64,000 nt of DNA from Octopus sinensis (taxonomy: Eukaryota). The notes below the pieces were generated by a model that saw nothing but the letters and a program-made list of their open reading frames with translations, was not told the DNA's origin and searched no databases. Where the stretch lies: NCBI RefSeq assembly GCF_006345805.1, contig NC_043004.1:36022001-36086000 (forward strand). Direction: 5' to 3'. Both the position numbers and the translations under genes were made by a program. Below, in pieces: positions 36,280 to 49,144 of the stretch (the stretch's first letter is position 1; each line of letters opens with the position of its first letter).

Positions 36280-37093
36280 GAGTGAAAGAGCAGTGCATAA
36301 CATCAAAGTGACACTGGGGTAAAATATACAAAGCACAGTATACCCATCATGACTACCCGTCTGATAAGGGTACACCAGGCACATGCATCACAACCATATG
36401 TGCACGACATGGTGATCTCGTATCAAGATAAACAGCATATGACCTTGCAGGTGAGGCCCAGTTAGAATTTTCTTCTGGTTGAGTAACCCATCCTGCTCAA
36501 AAGGTCCCTGAATAAGGGTTGTTTGAGGATGTTGAAAGAAACGGCCATGTTTCCAGAGGTGAATTATTCAAATCTCAAAGAATTCCTCTCAACACATGGC
36601 TATGATGCTCCCCAACTACTTCTGCTCATGATCAGAGCTGTACTTATCGTCAGTCACTAAGGGACATGCTCAACTGGTTAAGGTCAAACAACTGACAAGC
36701 AAATCTGTGGTATTGAGCAAAATATTTGCTGTAGCCCATCTTTTATACCAAGACAAAACAATGTATTATTATTATTGAGTGAGAGAGCAGTGCATGTCAT
36801 CAAAGTGACACTGGGGTAAAATATACGAAGCCCAGTATACCTATCATGACTACCCGTCTGATAAGGGTACACTAGGCACATGCATCACAACCATCTCTGT
36901 GCGACATGGTGATCTAATGTCAAGATAAACAGCACATGACCTTGCAGGTGGGGCCCACTTACAAATTTCTTCAGGTCGAGTTACCCATCCTGCTCAAAAG
37001 GTCCCTGAATAAGGGTTGTTTAAGGATGTTGAATGAAACACCCATGCTTCTAGAGGTGAATTATTCAAACCCCAAAGAATCCCTCTCAACACA
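36280..37093 (-). mobile_element. Two copies (36280-36765, 36777-37093) of a non-coding (TAA)n-associated repeat
   Basis: Both begin at (tat)n-gagtgaRagagcagtgcat and differ in right-hand length, as expected for 5'-truncated retroposed copies on the minus strand. Confidence 0.8.
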
Positions 37094-37099
37094 TTATTA

Positions 37100-37138
<39 letters not shown>

Positions 37139-37254
37139 CATCATTATCATTACTACTACCAGTTACTAATCGACTGTCCCCTTCCTCAAATTTCAGGTGT
37201 TGTGCCTAGAGTAGAAAATATTATTATTACAATTATTTATTTTAATCTGCATGT

Positions 37255-37578
37255 TTGTTACAATCACTTGCCAAGACACACCCAGCGTCCTGAGGCGAGT
37301 GAAGGATAAGAGATGTTACAGTATGACTAAAAGCTTGATGCGTGTGGGGGGGGGGGAGTGGCAAGGGCAGTAGCAAAATATCTTAATGCACAGACATTTA
37401 AATTGGTTGGGTTTTTCTACGGATGTGGGCAGTGCATGTTAGTACACTCTTGGATTTTTCTACTGGGATCTTATTTAGATGCTTCTGACATCCGGTTTTT
37501 TTTTTCATCATACCTAGGGCACCCACAATAACAGGAACAGTTCTCACTTTAAGATGCCACATCTTTTGTATTTAAATT
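37255..37578 (-). mobile_element. R4/Dong-type LINE 3' fragment
   Basis: MWHLKVRTVPVIVGALGMMKK, the RLE C-terminal motif. Confidence 0.7.
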
Positions 37579-37612
37579 ATTATTGTTGTTGTTGTTGTTA
37601 GTGGTGGTGATG

Positions 37613-37671
<59 letters not shown>

Positions 37672-37674
<3 letters not shown>

Positions 37675-38151
37675 TAGTTTTATTTTTATAGCATGCTTTC
37701 ACTTCACTACCGAGCACAGCTCTGTGTGCCTTGGGTATGTGCTGTGATTTGTTGTGATGCTCTGATGGTTACTGCATTGAAAGTGTTCTGCGTAGGATGT
37801 GTGCAGTGCCTAGTAGTGCAATTTTCTGTATGTTATATGTGTTTGTGAGTCCTGGTGTTTTTGTTATCTATTTGTCAGAATATTTTTTTATCATGCCTAA
37901 TGCACCTACTATGATAGGAATTGTTTCTGTTTTTAGATTCCACATTCTAGTTACCTCTATTTCCAGGTCTTTGTATTTTGAAAGTTTCTCCATTTCTTTT
38001 AGAGACATGTTGTCATCTGCTGGTATTGATACATCAATTAGAAAGCATTTTTTCTCTTCATGATCTCTGACAACTATATCTGCTCTGTTGGCCTTAATTT
38101 CTCTATCTGTGTGTATTGGCATATCCCAGAGTATGGTTGCTTTCTCATTTT

Positions 38152-38152
<1 letters not shown>
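37672..38152 (-). mobile_element. R4/Dong-type LINE 3' fragment with restriction-like endonuclease
   Basis: ILWDMPIHTDREIKANRADIVV...LIDVSIP...EKLSKYKDL...IPIIVGALG...IQKIALLGTAHILRRTL; (TAA)n on both sides. Confidence 0.92.
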
Positions 38153-38182
<30 letters not shown>

Positions 38183-39083
38183 GAGAGACTCTCAGCTCTT
38201 AATTACCAGTTGTTCTTTACTTGAAAGCAATCGATAACAAATCACCAAAGGTTTCAAGTAGTGCCTTCTCCTGTGACTCAAAGAGACAATACTCTCCTTA
38301 GAATGCGAGATGTACCCAACAATTCTGTCTTCTGCAGCTCCAATATTCTTAATATCTTTTTCAAAGGCCCTTGGAAACTGCTCCAAATGTTCCAGTTACC
38401 ACTGGTATCACCATTACTTTCCTCATGCCCCATAACTTCCCTTTCTCGTCCCGCAGTGGCTGCTATTTCTCACTCTTTTCTGTTTCCTTACATTTCACCC
38501 TCGAATCACCTGGTATTGCAACATCAATTATCTTTACTTCTTTTTCATCTTTATGGATGAGCATGATACCTGGTCATCTCGCCTCTATGACTTGGTCACA
38601 CTTCGTGTTAAAATCCCAGAGTATTTTGTGATCTTCGTTTTCCATTACTTCCTCTGGCCTGTGTTCTTATCATTGTTCGGCTTTCTCAAAGTTTGCTTTA
38701 CCACACAACAGCCAGTGGACATATCTGGTCACATTGTCGTGTCTCATTTTGTATTCGCGTTGTGCAAGCTTACAGCACTCACTAACAAAATGGCTTATAC
38801 TTTTTCTCTTCTCAGAGTACATCCTACACTGTGGCGAGTCAGTGTTTTTATCAATGTGATATTTGGAATAGTTTGTTCTGAGAGCTTGTTCTTGAGTTCT
38901 ACAAACTAATGCTTCAGTGGGCCCTTTTAAGTCGCTTTTCTGCAGTCATCACCAGGTTCTATTCCAATCAATCTCATCTTTATTCTTCAAGAACTGACTG
39001 TGCATTTTCTTGTCCTGCCAAATTCTCTTCATCTGCTTTCTCTGGTCTTTCTTAAATTGTATTGGATCTATGGCTTTGTTCAC

Positions 39084-39086
<3 letters not shown>
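38183..39086 (-). mobile_element. R4/Dong-type LINE 3' fragment with zinc knuckle and RLE
   Basis: WQDKKMHSQF...QEQALRTN...PQCRM...ISHFVSECCKLAQREYKMRHDNV...ILWDF...IIDVAIP; (TAA)n on both sides. Confidence 0.9.
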
Positions 39087-39132
<46 letters not shown>

Positions 39133-39133
39133 T

Positions 39134-39525
39134 CTATTATCATATGAAAACTCAGAACTTATTTTGCATGGTATGGTGGAAAGTGTCAGCTGTCCACAGC
39201 CAGCAGGTTGAGGTGACACTTGTTTACTGGTCATGCTTCAAGAACCCTGTAAAGAATTCTTGCAGTTCCAAGCAATGCCAATTTTTGTAGGTATTCTACC
39301 TTCACACTTGCACCAATCTTTTTCAGTCATGTTGGTAATTGAGTGCTGATACTTCCAAGTGCACCAATTACTATTGGTATCACATCTACTCTCTTCATTA
39401 ACCACAACCTTCATATTTCCCACTTCAAATCGTCATAGTTGTTTATTTTTTCTTCTTTCGCATTAATCCTGTTGTCACCAGAGCATGCTTTCTCGATTAT
39501 CATACATGTTCTTTCTTTTCTCAAT
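39134..39525 (-). mobile_element. R4/Dong-type LINE 3' fragment (diverged subfamily)
   Basis: MIIEKACSGD...VDVIPIVIGALG...LQKLALLGTARILYRVL. Confidence 0.75.
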
Positions 39526-39555
39526 AATCATGCGTTATTATTATTGTCATTATTC

Positions 39556-40033
39556 TTCAGTAGTCTTATTTTTATCACATGCTTTCACTGCACTACTGAG
39601 CACAGTTCTTTGTGCCTTGGGTATGCGCTGTGGTTTGCTGTGATGCTCTTATTGCTACTGTACTGAAAGTGTTTTACGTAGGAAGTGTGCGGTGCCTAGT
39701 TGTGCTATTTTCTGTATGTTGTATATGTTTGTAAGTCTTGGTGTTTTTGTTATGTATTTGTCTGAATATTTTTTAATCATACCTAATGCACCTGCTATGA
39801 TAGGAATTGTTTCAGGTTTTACACTCCACATTCGAGTTACCTTTATTTCCAGGTCTTTGTATTTTAATAGTTTCTCCATTTCTTTTAGAGACTGAAAACA
39901 GTTTTTTGTTTTGTCTATGTTTTGTGGCTACCTGTATTAGTTTTCCTTGCTTCTGAAGTAGGTAATTTTGTAGTCCTGCGGTGGTTATTTTGTAATAGTT
40001 TTCTAGCTGTGTAAGGCCTTGACCACCTTCCAT
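39556..40033 (-). mobile_element. R4/Dong-type LINE fragment with internal deletion
   Basis: EGGQGLTQLE...LQNYL (post-RT GGRGL motif) joined near 39892 to EKLLKYKDL...LGTAHFLRKTL; 3' UTR matches the 37672 copy. Confidence 0.85.
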
Positions 40034-40141
40034 ATCTTATATATATATATTATTATTACTTTGATTGTATATATATTATTATTATTTTTATTGTATATAT
40101 AATTATTATTGTTGTTGTTGCTGTTGCTGTTATTATCATTA

Positions 40142-40590
40142 TAGTTCTCAGAACACTTGGTCTTGTTTGCTCTGGTTGATTCTGTGAGAGCAGACAACAG
40201 CTTGTTGTCAGAGGTCTCACAGGGTCTTCTTATGCAGATTATCAGTTTTGATACTTGGTTGTTAATTATCGTGGGAGACATTCAATACCCAAGTACCGAT
40301 CTCTCCCAGCTGTCCCCAGCAGAGCAGTTTCTTTTTGTCCTGCTCTCATGTCAATTCCAATTTCTCTGACATATTTCTTGAACTTCGTTGTTAGTACTCC
40401 AAGTGCCCCTACAACTACTGGAATGACAGACACTCTCCCTCATTCTTACAATTTCATCTTTAGGTAATCTGTATTTTTCAATCTTTTCTAATTCTTTGTC
40501 ACTTAAGTGTGCATCCCCAGGTATTGCAATATCTATAATCTTGGTTTCCTTTTTTTCCTTTATCTACCACAACAATGTCTGGGATGTTAT
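40142..40590 (-). mobile_element. R4/Dong-type LINE 3' fragment
   Basis: PDIVV...IIDIAIPGD...KELEK...KYRLPK...VIPVVVGALG...LLGTA. Confidence 0.8.
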
Positions 40591-40599
40591 TATCACCAT

Positions 40600-42850
40600 C
40601 ATCATCACCATCATCACCATCATTGATTAACGCCTGTTTTCCATGTTGGCATGGGTTGGACGGTTTGATTGAGGTCTAGAGAGCCAGCAGCTGTACCAGG
40701 CTCCAATCTGGTCTGGCAGAGTTTCTACAGCTGAATGCCCTTCTAACTCCAACCACTCTGAGAGTGTAGTAGGTGCTTTTCACGTGCCACCAGTACAGGG
40801 GCCAGTAAGGTGGGTTTGGTAACGATCACGTTTGGATGGTGCTTTTTACGTGCCACTGGCACCAGAGTCAGTAAAGCAGGCCTGGCAACAAACACATTAG
40901 GATGGTGCTTTTTATGTGCCACCAGCACAGGAGCCAGTCAGTGGGTTCTAGCATTGGTTATGATCAGTTGGTGCTTTTTACATGCCACCAGCACAGGAGC
41001 CAGTCATGTGGACCTGGCAGTAACCATATTTGGATGATGCTTTTTACATGCCATCAGCATGGGAGCCATTGGGGGTGGGGGTGGGGCACTGGCTCCAGCT
41101 ATGATATTGGTTTGACTTGACTCAACAAGTCTTCTCAAGACTATCATATCGCCTGATGCATCAGGAGTACTCTTAACAGGGCTGGATGTGCGTGGCTGTG
41201 ATCTCACATTAATTGCCGAGTTTTCTCAATCACAGCGTATTTCCAAAGGTCCTTGTCTCCTATCATTGCCTCCTTGAGGCCCAATGTTCAAAAGTCTTGC
41301 TTCACCACGTCATCCCATGTCTTCCTGTGTCTACCTCTTCCACAGGTTCCTTCTACAATTAGGGAGTGGCACTTCCTCATACAACTGTTTTCATTCATAC
41401 GTAACACATGGACATACCAGCACAGTCGCCTCTCTTGCACACCACATTTCATGCTTCTTATGCCCAACTTTTCTCTCAGGGCACTTAGACTATGTCGTGT
41501 ATGCACACTGATATTACACATCAAGTGGATTATATTAGCCTTCATTTCTTTCAAGCCTATGCATGTCCTCAGCATTCATGGCCCATGTTTCACTGCCGTG
41601 TAGCATGGCTGTTTGTACAGTTTACCTTCTACCCTGAGCGAGAGGTGCTTAGTGACCAGCAGAGTTAGGAGGTTCCTGAACTTTGCCCAGGCTATTCTTA
41701 CTCTAGCCACTACACTCTTAGAGCAATCACCCCACTACAGACTTAGTCACTTAGGTAGCAGAAGCTATTAACTACTTCTAGTTTCTCTCTCTGGCATGTG
41801 ATGGAATCTGTTTTCTGTACATCTTCAGTGTTTGTTGCCCCAGAGCATCTGCCACACACAAAAAGTATTTTCCCAGTTAACCTTCCTTTGATATTGCTGC
41901 ACCTTCTATGTGTCCATAGCTTGCACTGGGTACGTCATATGGAGTTTCTACCGACACCTTTTCTACAGATTGAGCAGGGCCATCCATCTGCCTGAAGGGG
42001 GTTGTGATTTGACAGCCTCCCTACTTACTAAGACTTTGGTTTTGACTTGGTTAATTCTAAGGCCCTTTGATTCTAGACCTTGCTTCATCTCCAGTTTTGT
42101 CAATGACTTGGCTATTAGAGCAAGATCATCAGCATAGAGAAGCTCCCAGGGGCAACTGTCTTGAATTCTTCTGTTATTGCCTGGAGGACTATAATGAATA
42201 AGAGGGGGCTGAGGACTGATCCTTGGTGAATCCCTACTTCTACTTGGAATTCTTCACTATACTCGTTGCCCACCCTCACCTTACTGACAGTGTCCCTGTA
42301 CAGGGCTTGTACAGCTCTTACCCACCACTTGTCTATCCCTAGTTTCCGCATTGACCTCCAGATAAGGGATCGGGGGACTCTGTCAAAGGCTTTCTCCATC
42401 TCAACAAAAGCCAAGTACAAAGGTTTATCTTTGGCTAGGTATTTCTCCTGCCTTACCAGAAATATAGCATCAGTGGTGCTTCTATCTGGCACAAAACCAA
42501 ACAGCATCTAGGCTAACTCTCTCCCTAATTAGTTGGGCTATGATCCTCTCTGTAACTTTCATCCCCTGATCCAATAATTTGATACCCCTGTGGTTATTTC
42601 TATCTAAAGCATCACCTTTACATTTGCAGCAGTTGACTATGGTGCTGCTACATGAACTACCTGATTTACGATATGGATGACAAGACCATAACTCACACTG
42701 CCTGATATTTTAAGCATCCCAGCAGTGATTCCTGATGGGCCAGGTGCTTTCTCTGTCTTCATATCCTTAATTGCTTTATCTACCTTGGTACTGTTGATTC
42801 AGATAACTGGTCGTTCAATTGAGTCGACCTTTGGTAGACTCTCCTATTGG
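40600..42850 (-). mobile_element. 5'-truncated RTE-clade LINE: RT, Cys-rich insertion, C-terminus and family B 3' UTR
   Basis: NHRGIKLL, FGFVPDRSTTDAIF, AFVEMEKAFDRVP, GIHQGSVLSPLLF, ELLYADD; WPCSICRKGVG...CKLWTHRRC...CGRC; RRLCWYVHVLR...GRGRHRKTW; 3' UTR ends in (GAT)n. Confidence 0.95.
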
Positions 42851-42901
42851 GGCTTATCTAATCATCCATCCTTAAAGCAGAGCCAATGATAAGAATATAT
42901 A

Positions 42902-43250
42902 TGGAAATTGTAGTTAAGGCACCCATGCCGGTGACACATAGAAAGCACCGTCCAAACATGGCAGATGCCAGCTGCTGCATGACTGGTGTCTGTGTCTGTG
43001 ACATGTAAAAGCACCAACCAATCGTGGCCATTTGCCAGCCTGCTCTGGCCCCTGTGCCGGTGGCACGTAAAAAACACCCACTACACTCACTGAGTGGTTG
43101 GTATTAGGAAGGGCATCCAGCTGTAGAAACACTGCCAGATCAGACTGGAGCCTGGTACAGCCTCCATGGCTTACCAGACCCTGGTTGAACCGTCCAACCC
43201 ATGCTAGCATGGAAAACGGACGTTAAATGATGATGATGATGATAATGATG
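42902..43250 (+). mobile_element. Family B RTE-tail repeat
   Basis: Conserved 3' end with (GAT)n. Confidence 0.85.
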
Positions 43251-43525
43251 ATTCAGAATTATTAGTTGTTGTATCTTGCTTGAAGAACCCCCAGAGACAT
43301 TAGAATAAGTCAATGAAATCAATTTTGGCATTTGACTGCTATTCTGATTTATTGAACTTGAGAGGACGAAACGCAAATTTGACACCAACAGGATTTGAAC
43401 TCAGAATGGCAATGATTTCTGCCTGATGTTCTATTGGCTCTATTGATCAATCACTTATGTCTTCTGTGTCTTATTAACTCAGTTTCTGTAGGTTACTCAA
43501 ATGTTTTATTGTTACCACATAAACT

Positions 43526-43750
43526 TTAACCCATCAGTTTGACCCTTTCAGTCGATACTGCTTTTGTTTCAACTAATTTTGAAAATAATTAAGAATTTAT
43601 TAAAATAATTTAGTCATTATTAAGTTTGAGTTTAGAACATAAATTATCATGGAATTTTGAAGGAAGCTTTAGTGTAAATCATTTTAAAATAGCAAAATTT
43701 TATCATAGAATTAGGGGAAGTCTCAGGTGAGTTGATATCAAAAGTATTAA
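43526..43750. mobile_element. TTAA-bounded MITE-like repeat (related copies ~12770-12865, 44296-44519, 63067-63125, 63380-63485)
   Basis: ttaacc...ggttaa-type ends and shared internal sequence in both orientations; piggyBac-like assignment is an inference from the TTAA ends. Confidence 0.5.
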
Positions 43751-44719
43751 ACAAATAGACTTTTCAGCCTTAGATCCTAAACATGTTCATGAAATGGACT
43801 TTATATTCCTGCTAAAGCTTCAGATATAATCATCTTGTTGTTTTACTCCATATCTGACCTGAAGGAATTGACCTGAGGTCAAAGACATTCTGCTCTGAAT
43901 TTATCATTTTAGATGCTTCTAAGATTATATTATGGAAGATATCCTTCCTTTTCTTAGGCTGTGGGGTGTAACTTCAGAGAGATTTGGTGGCTTTTTATTT
44001 GGTGTGTGTGTGAGGTTCTATGTGTGTACATGCATGTAAGTAAATGGAATTTCTCTTACAAATTATGCCATTAGAGTAAGATGTTTTTCTTCTTAAAGGG
44101 TCGCATTAAAAATAGTTGAGAGATGTGCTATCAGGGTATCTATGTCAAAATTGTTTCAGACAATCTTAACTTGAGAGTTCTATAACAATAATGATAATGA
44201 TGATAATAGTGGTGGTGGCGGCAGTGGTGGTGGCAGTGGTGAGGAACCGGAGGAGGTTAACTCGCAAGCCATTGTTGACCAGCAACTAATTGTTTCTAAC
44301 CTCTTTGACATCAACCTGCCCGAAAGCAGCTTTGGTTCTATGACACAAATTACATTTTCTAAAGTGATTTTGAATTAAAACCTTGCACCAAAATTTCATG
44401 GTTCCAAACATCAGCTTAATAACGACAAAGTTGTTTTATTAAATTTTTCATTATTTTCAAAATAATTGAAATGAAAGGTAAAGTATTTCAACATCAAAAT
44501 ATGGCAACAAGATGGTTAAATAAGTTTTGTGTTTCTATGTTGAGTGTTAGGCTCTTCAGTGGAGAATCCAGAACTTTTGAGATCAAGAATGAAGAATAAA
44601 GTTTTCGAGGCTACAAGATGGTTCTTTTCTTTTCTCTGAGGAAGGATTAGTTTCAAATATAGAAGATATCCAACCGTTCCACTGAATTATGCTATAGATA
44701 TATGAATATTTCACTTTAA

Positions 44720-44752
<33 letters not shown>

Positions 44753-44869
44753 GTGATGATAACAATGTTAAAACAGAGAGAGAAAAGAAAGAAATCTTGC
44801 TTCCTGTCTAATCAATGAGATTCTCTGTAAAATAATTGAAGGAATTCAACAATTTTGAATTCTTTTCAG

Positions 44870-44926
44870 ATAAAGAATGAGTAGCTTCTGGCTTGGATAC
44901 TAAACTATGTCAGCTATTAAAGACCG
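44870..44926 (+). CDS. Candidate start-codon exon (ATG at 44907, MSAIKDR)
   Basis: ttcttttcag acceptor and CG|gtaagt donor; all frames are closed before the ATG. Confidence 0.35.
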
Positions 44927-45554
44927 GTAAGTCTTTCAGTATGATATGTCTTCCTGTTTTAGGTTTGTATGTACCTTACCTTAATGAATGTATAATAAAA
45001 CCCAAGAGATTCTTCAAGAAAAATATGGCATTTTTTTTCAATATTAAGAATTAGGAAAATCTTATAATTTGGAAGAAAAAAACGGTTTCCTTTCAAATTC
45101 TTTGCTAATTAAGATGTTGTAGCAAAGACAGCTATAGGCAGGAATTTCAGTAAAGATAGGTTTATGGCCAGAAGGATTAGATCATTGGGATATGGAATCT
45201 TTGATTTTTAGCAATTTCAAAAAAAAAAAAAAAACATCATGGGATTATAAATGGGAAATGGATTAGACTCAGGAATGTGTATATTAATCAAACTACATAT
45301 TGACAAACTCACAGACACATGCAGATAAAATATTTAGCTAATTGCAAGAATTACAATAATGCAGCTTCTTTAGCAACGTGGAAAATGTCTGTAATAAGAT
45401 TCAAATATTGAATATGAGATGAAGAACCTCACAAAATATAAGTATCCAAGGGTGTGGCATAGCCCCAGGGCAAGTGAGATGATATTGAACCATCCAACCA
45501 ATACCATCATGGGAAATGGATGTGAAACAATGATGGTGATGATGAGGATTATAT

Positions 45555-45786
45555 CATCATCATCATTTTTTAACATCTGCTTTCCATGCTGCCATGTGAT
45601 GGATGGTTTGACTGAGGACTGGCAAACCAGTAGGCTGCAGCAGCTTCCAATCTGATCTGACAAGGTCTCTACAGCTGGATGCCCTTCCTAATGCCAGTAG
45701 TGGGTGCTTTTTACGTGCCACTGACACAGGAGCTAGTCAGGAGGGGAACTGGCATCGACCACATTCAGATGGTGCTTTTTACATGC
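45555..45786 (-). mobile_element. Family B RTE-tail repeat
   Basis: Reverse-complement copy. Confidence 0.8.
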
Positions 45787-45818
45787 TATATATATATCAA
45801 TGGGTGTGTGTGTGTGTA

Positions 45819-46224
<406 letters not shown>

Positions 46225-46236
46225 TATATATATATG

Positions 46237-46441
46237 AGAAAATGAGATGACAAAGGAGCAAGCAATCGTGTTATGTTACAAACTTCATTAGCTTACAGCT
46301 GTTTCTAATATAAGGAGCAGTGGACTCGTAGATGAGTGTCAGCCACTCACCTATGAGTCTATGGAACCTTATAGCAGAAACAGCTGTAAGCTAATGAAGT
46401 TCATAAGATAATCCTTTATTCTTTTGTCATCTCATTTTTCT
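46237..46441. repeat. Long imperfect palindrome (fold-back)
   Basis: aacttcattagcttacagctgtttct pairs exactly with agaaacagctgtaagctaatgaagtt; pairing continues imperfectly to a tcagc loop and outwards to aaaatgagatgacaaa / tttgtcatctcatttt. Confidence 0.92.
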
Positions 46442-46535
46442 TATTACCGTTCTATACTCCACTAATGCTTCCTTTTGATGTGCATGTATATTGAGTTCTA
46501 TGCCAGTATCGCAATGTCTAAGCATAATATATACA

Positions 46536-46581
<46 letters not shown>

Positions 46582-46703
46582 TGTGTGTGCATGTATGGAA
46601 GGAATTTCATTAGAGCAACTGTGTGATTTAAAGAGGGTGTGTTAAAGACAATTTATTTTAATGGCATCCTTTTCTCTGAGTAAATATATTTATCTTACAC
46701 AAA

Positions 46704-46745
<42 letters not shown>

Positions 46746-46955
46746 AAAACACACACACACATACACACACATTTACACACATATATAGAAGATTTATACA
46801 GACACATTCACAATGGGCCTTGTACAATATTAAAAGACACTTGGCTAAGTTGTCATGCATTGAGATTGAACCTAAAATCACAAGATTATGAAATGAACTT
46901 CTTAAGTACACAGCCACGGCAGTACCTGTATATGTAAGTAGATGTAAATATTAAA

Positions 46956-47276
46956 TGGAAATCGTAGTTGTGATACCTGTGCCGGTGGCACATAAAAAGC
47001 ACCATCTGAACGTGGCCGATGCCAGCGCCACCTTGACTGGTTTCTGTGCCGGTGGCACGTAAAAAGCACCATCTGATAATGGCCACTGCCAGCCTCCCCT
47101 GGCACATAAAAAGCACCCACTACACTCATTGAGTGGTTGGCGTTAGGAAGGGCATCAAACTGTAGAAACACTGCCAGATCAGACTGGAGCCTGGTGCAGC
47201 CTCCTGCCTTCCCAGACCCCGGTCGAACCATCCAACCCATGTTAGCATGGAAAACGGACGTTAAACGATGATGATG
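46956..47276 (+). mobile_element. Family B RTE-tail repeat
   Basis: Internal repeats plus conserved 3' end. Confidence 0.85.
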
Positions 47277-48024
47277 TACTTGTGTGTGTGTGTGTGCATG
47301 TATGTGTCTGTGTGTATGTGTGTGTGTGTATGTGTGGGTGTGCATGCATGTGTACGTGTGTGTGTGTGTGTGTTTGTGTGTGATTTTTAGAATTAAAAAG
47401 TTCAGAAAGATCAAGTGAAAAATGTCTCTTTACAACATGGAGAATTTGAAAGATTATTGAATTGTAAAATTTGGTGAAATTCCAGCCAAACACATTAGTT
47501 CTCCTGTCAAAAAATGTGTGACAATCCGCTCCAGAAAAATTCAAAGTCTCATTTATATCTCTCGTTAAACATATATATATGTATACGTATTTATGTATTT
47601 ATATATATATATATATATACATATACACAAACAGGCAAATAGACAGACAGACAGATACACACACACACACACACACTTTTTATATGAATTCCCCCAATAT
47701 ACTTTAATAAATCGGAGAGTACTTCTAAGATTTTGTACCAAATTTACTTTGATTATAATTCTTTGTAGATTTTCTTTGATAATAAATTTGTTCACTATAA
47801 TGCAAGTTTGATCTTGATGACTTGTGAGAGTGTATACAGCCAAAGAAATCTGTCTGTTAGTACGAGCATAATCATATACTAATTGAACAAGTGTGTTCAT
47901 GTGTCCTTGTGTGTGTGTGTGTGTGTGTGTGCGTGTGTGTGTGTGACTCTGTGTGTGTGTGCATGTGCAGATGAAGACAAATTTCTGATATTTATCTGGA
48001 TACATATATCAATATATGTATGTG

Positions 48025-48060
<36 letters not shown>

Positions 48061-48078
48061 TGTAGTAGAGATATACTG

Positions 48079-48112
<34 letters not shown>

Positions 48113-48122
48113 CATCATTATT

Positions 48123-48900
48123 CTCATCATCATCATCCTTTAATGTCTGTTGTCCGGCATGGGTTGGAGGGTTTGACTGGGCTGGCATGGTGGAAGGCTG
48201 CACCAGACTCCAGTCTGTTTTGGCATGGTTTTCTATGGTTAGATGCCCTTCCTAATGCCAACCACTTTAAGAGTGTAATGGGTGCTTTTATGTGCCACCG
48301 CCATAGGTGCTGGGGTTCATTTACATGCTATCAGCTTGGATGCCAATTTACATGACACCAGTATCTGCTACGTCTGTGATTTTGTTCAACTTGATATGTC
48401 TTCTGAGGCACACCATAATGCCAAAGATTTCGGTCATTGCATCCGTGAGGCCCAACACTCGAAAGGAACTCAGCCACTTTGCCTTCATGAAGCCCAACAT
48501 TCCAAAGATGTTCTTTACGTGCCACTAGCACAGGTGCACTTGTTTTGATGGGTCCTCTCAAGCACAGCACATCGCCAAAGATCTTCGTCACTGGTCATTA
48601 CTTCTGTGAGGCTCAAAGCTTGAAGATCATGCTTTACCATCTCATCCTATGTCTTCATGGGTCTACCTTTACCCTGGGTTCCCTCCACAGATAGAGATTG
48701 GCACTTCTTTACACAACTATCCTCATCCATACACATCACCTGATCATACCAATATATTTGTCTCTCTTGCACACCACATCTGATTCCTCTTATACCTAAC
48801 TTTTCTCTCGAGATGCTTATATTTTATTGAACTGACATTGCACATCCAGCAAAGCATACTGGCTTCATTTCTTTCAAGCCTACGCATGACCTCAACTGTC
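48123..48900 (-). mobile_element. RTE LINE 3' fragment (ORF end + family B UTR)
   Basis: 48600-48895 is homologous to 41270-41575; the UTR follows. Confidence 0.85.
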
Positions 48901-49094
48901 ATATAAATATATATATATATATATAGCTAGATAGCTGATAGATGTGTATGCTTAAACACATAGGGTTTGTATCCTAAACTTGATAGATATGTCATTCACT
49001 AGGAATGTATGATGTCACCAATCTGTGCAGCTTAACATGAATATTTTGTGAGGTTGAGAGTGAAGTATAAGAAGCAAAATAACATACATATATA

Positions 49095-49144
<50 letters not shown>

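Noticed and set aside
40770-41065. Repeat-spacer pattern resembling CRISPR
   Set aside because: Spacers are homologous to each other and the array is part of an RTE LINE 3' UTR present many times in the window.
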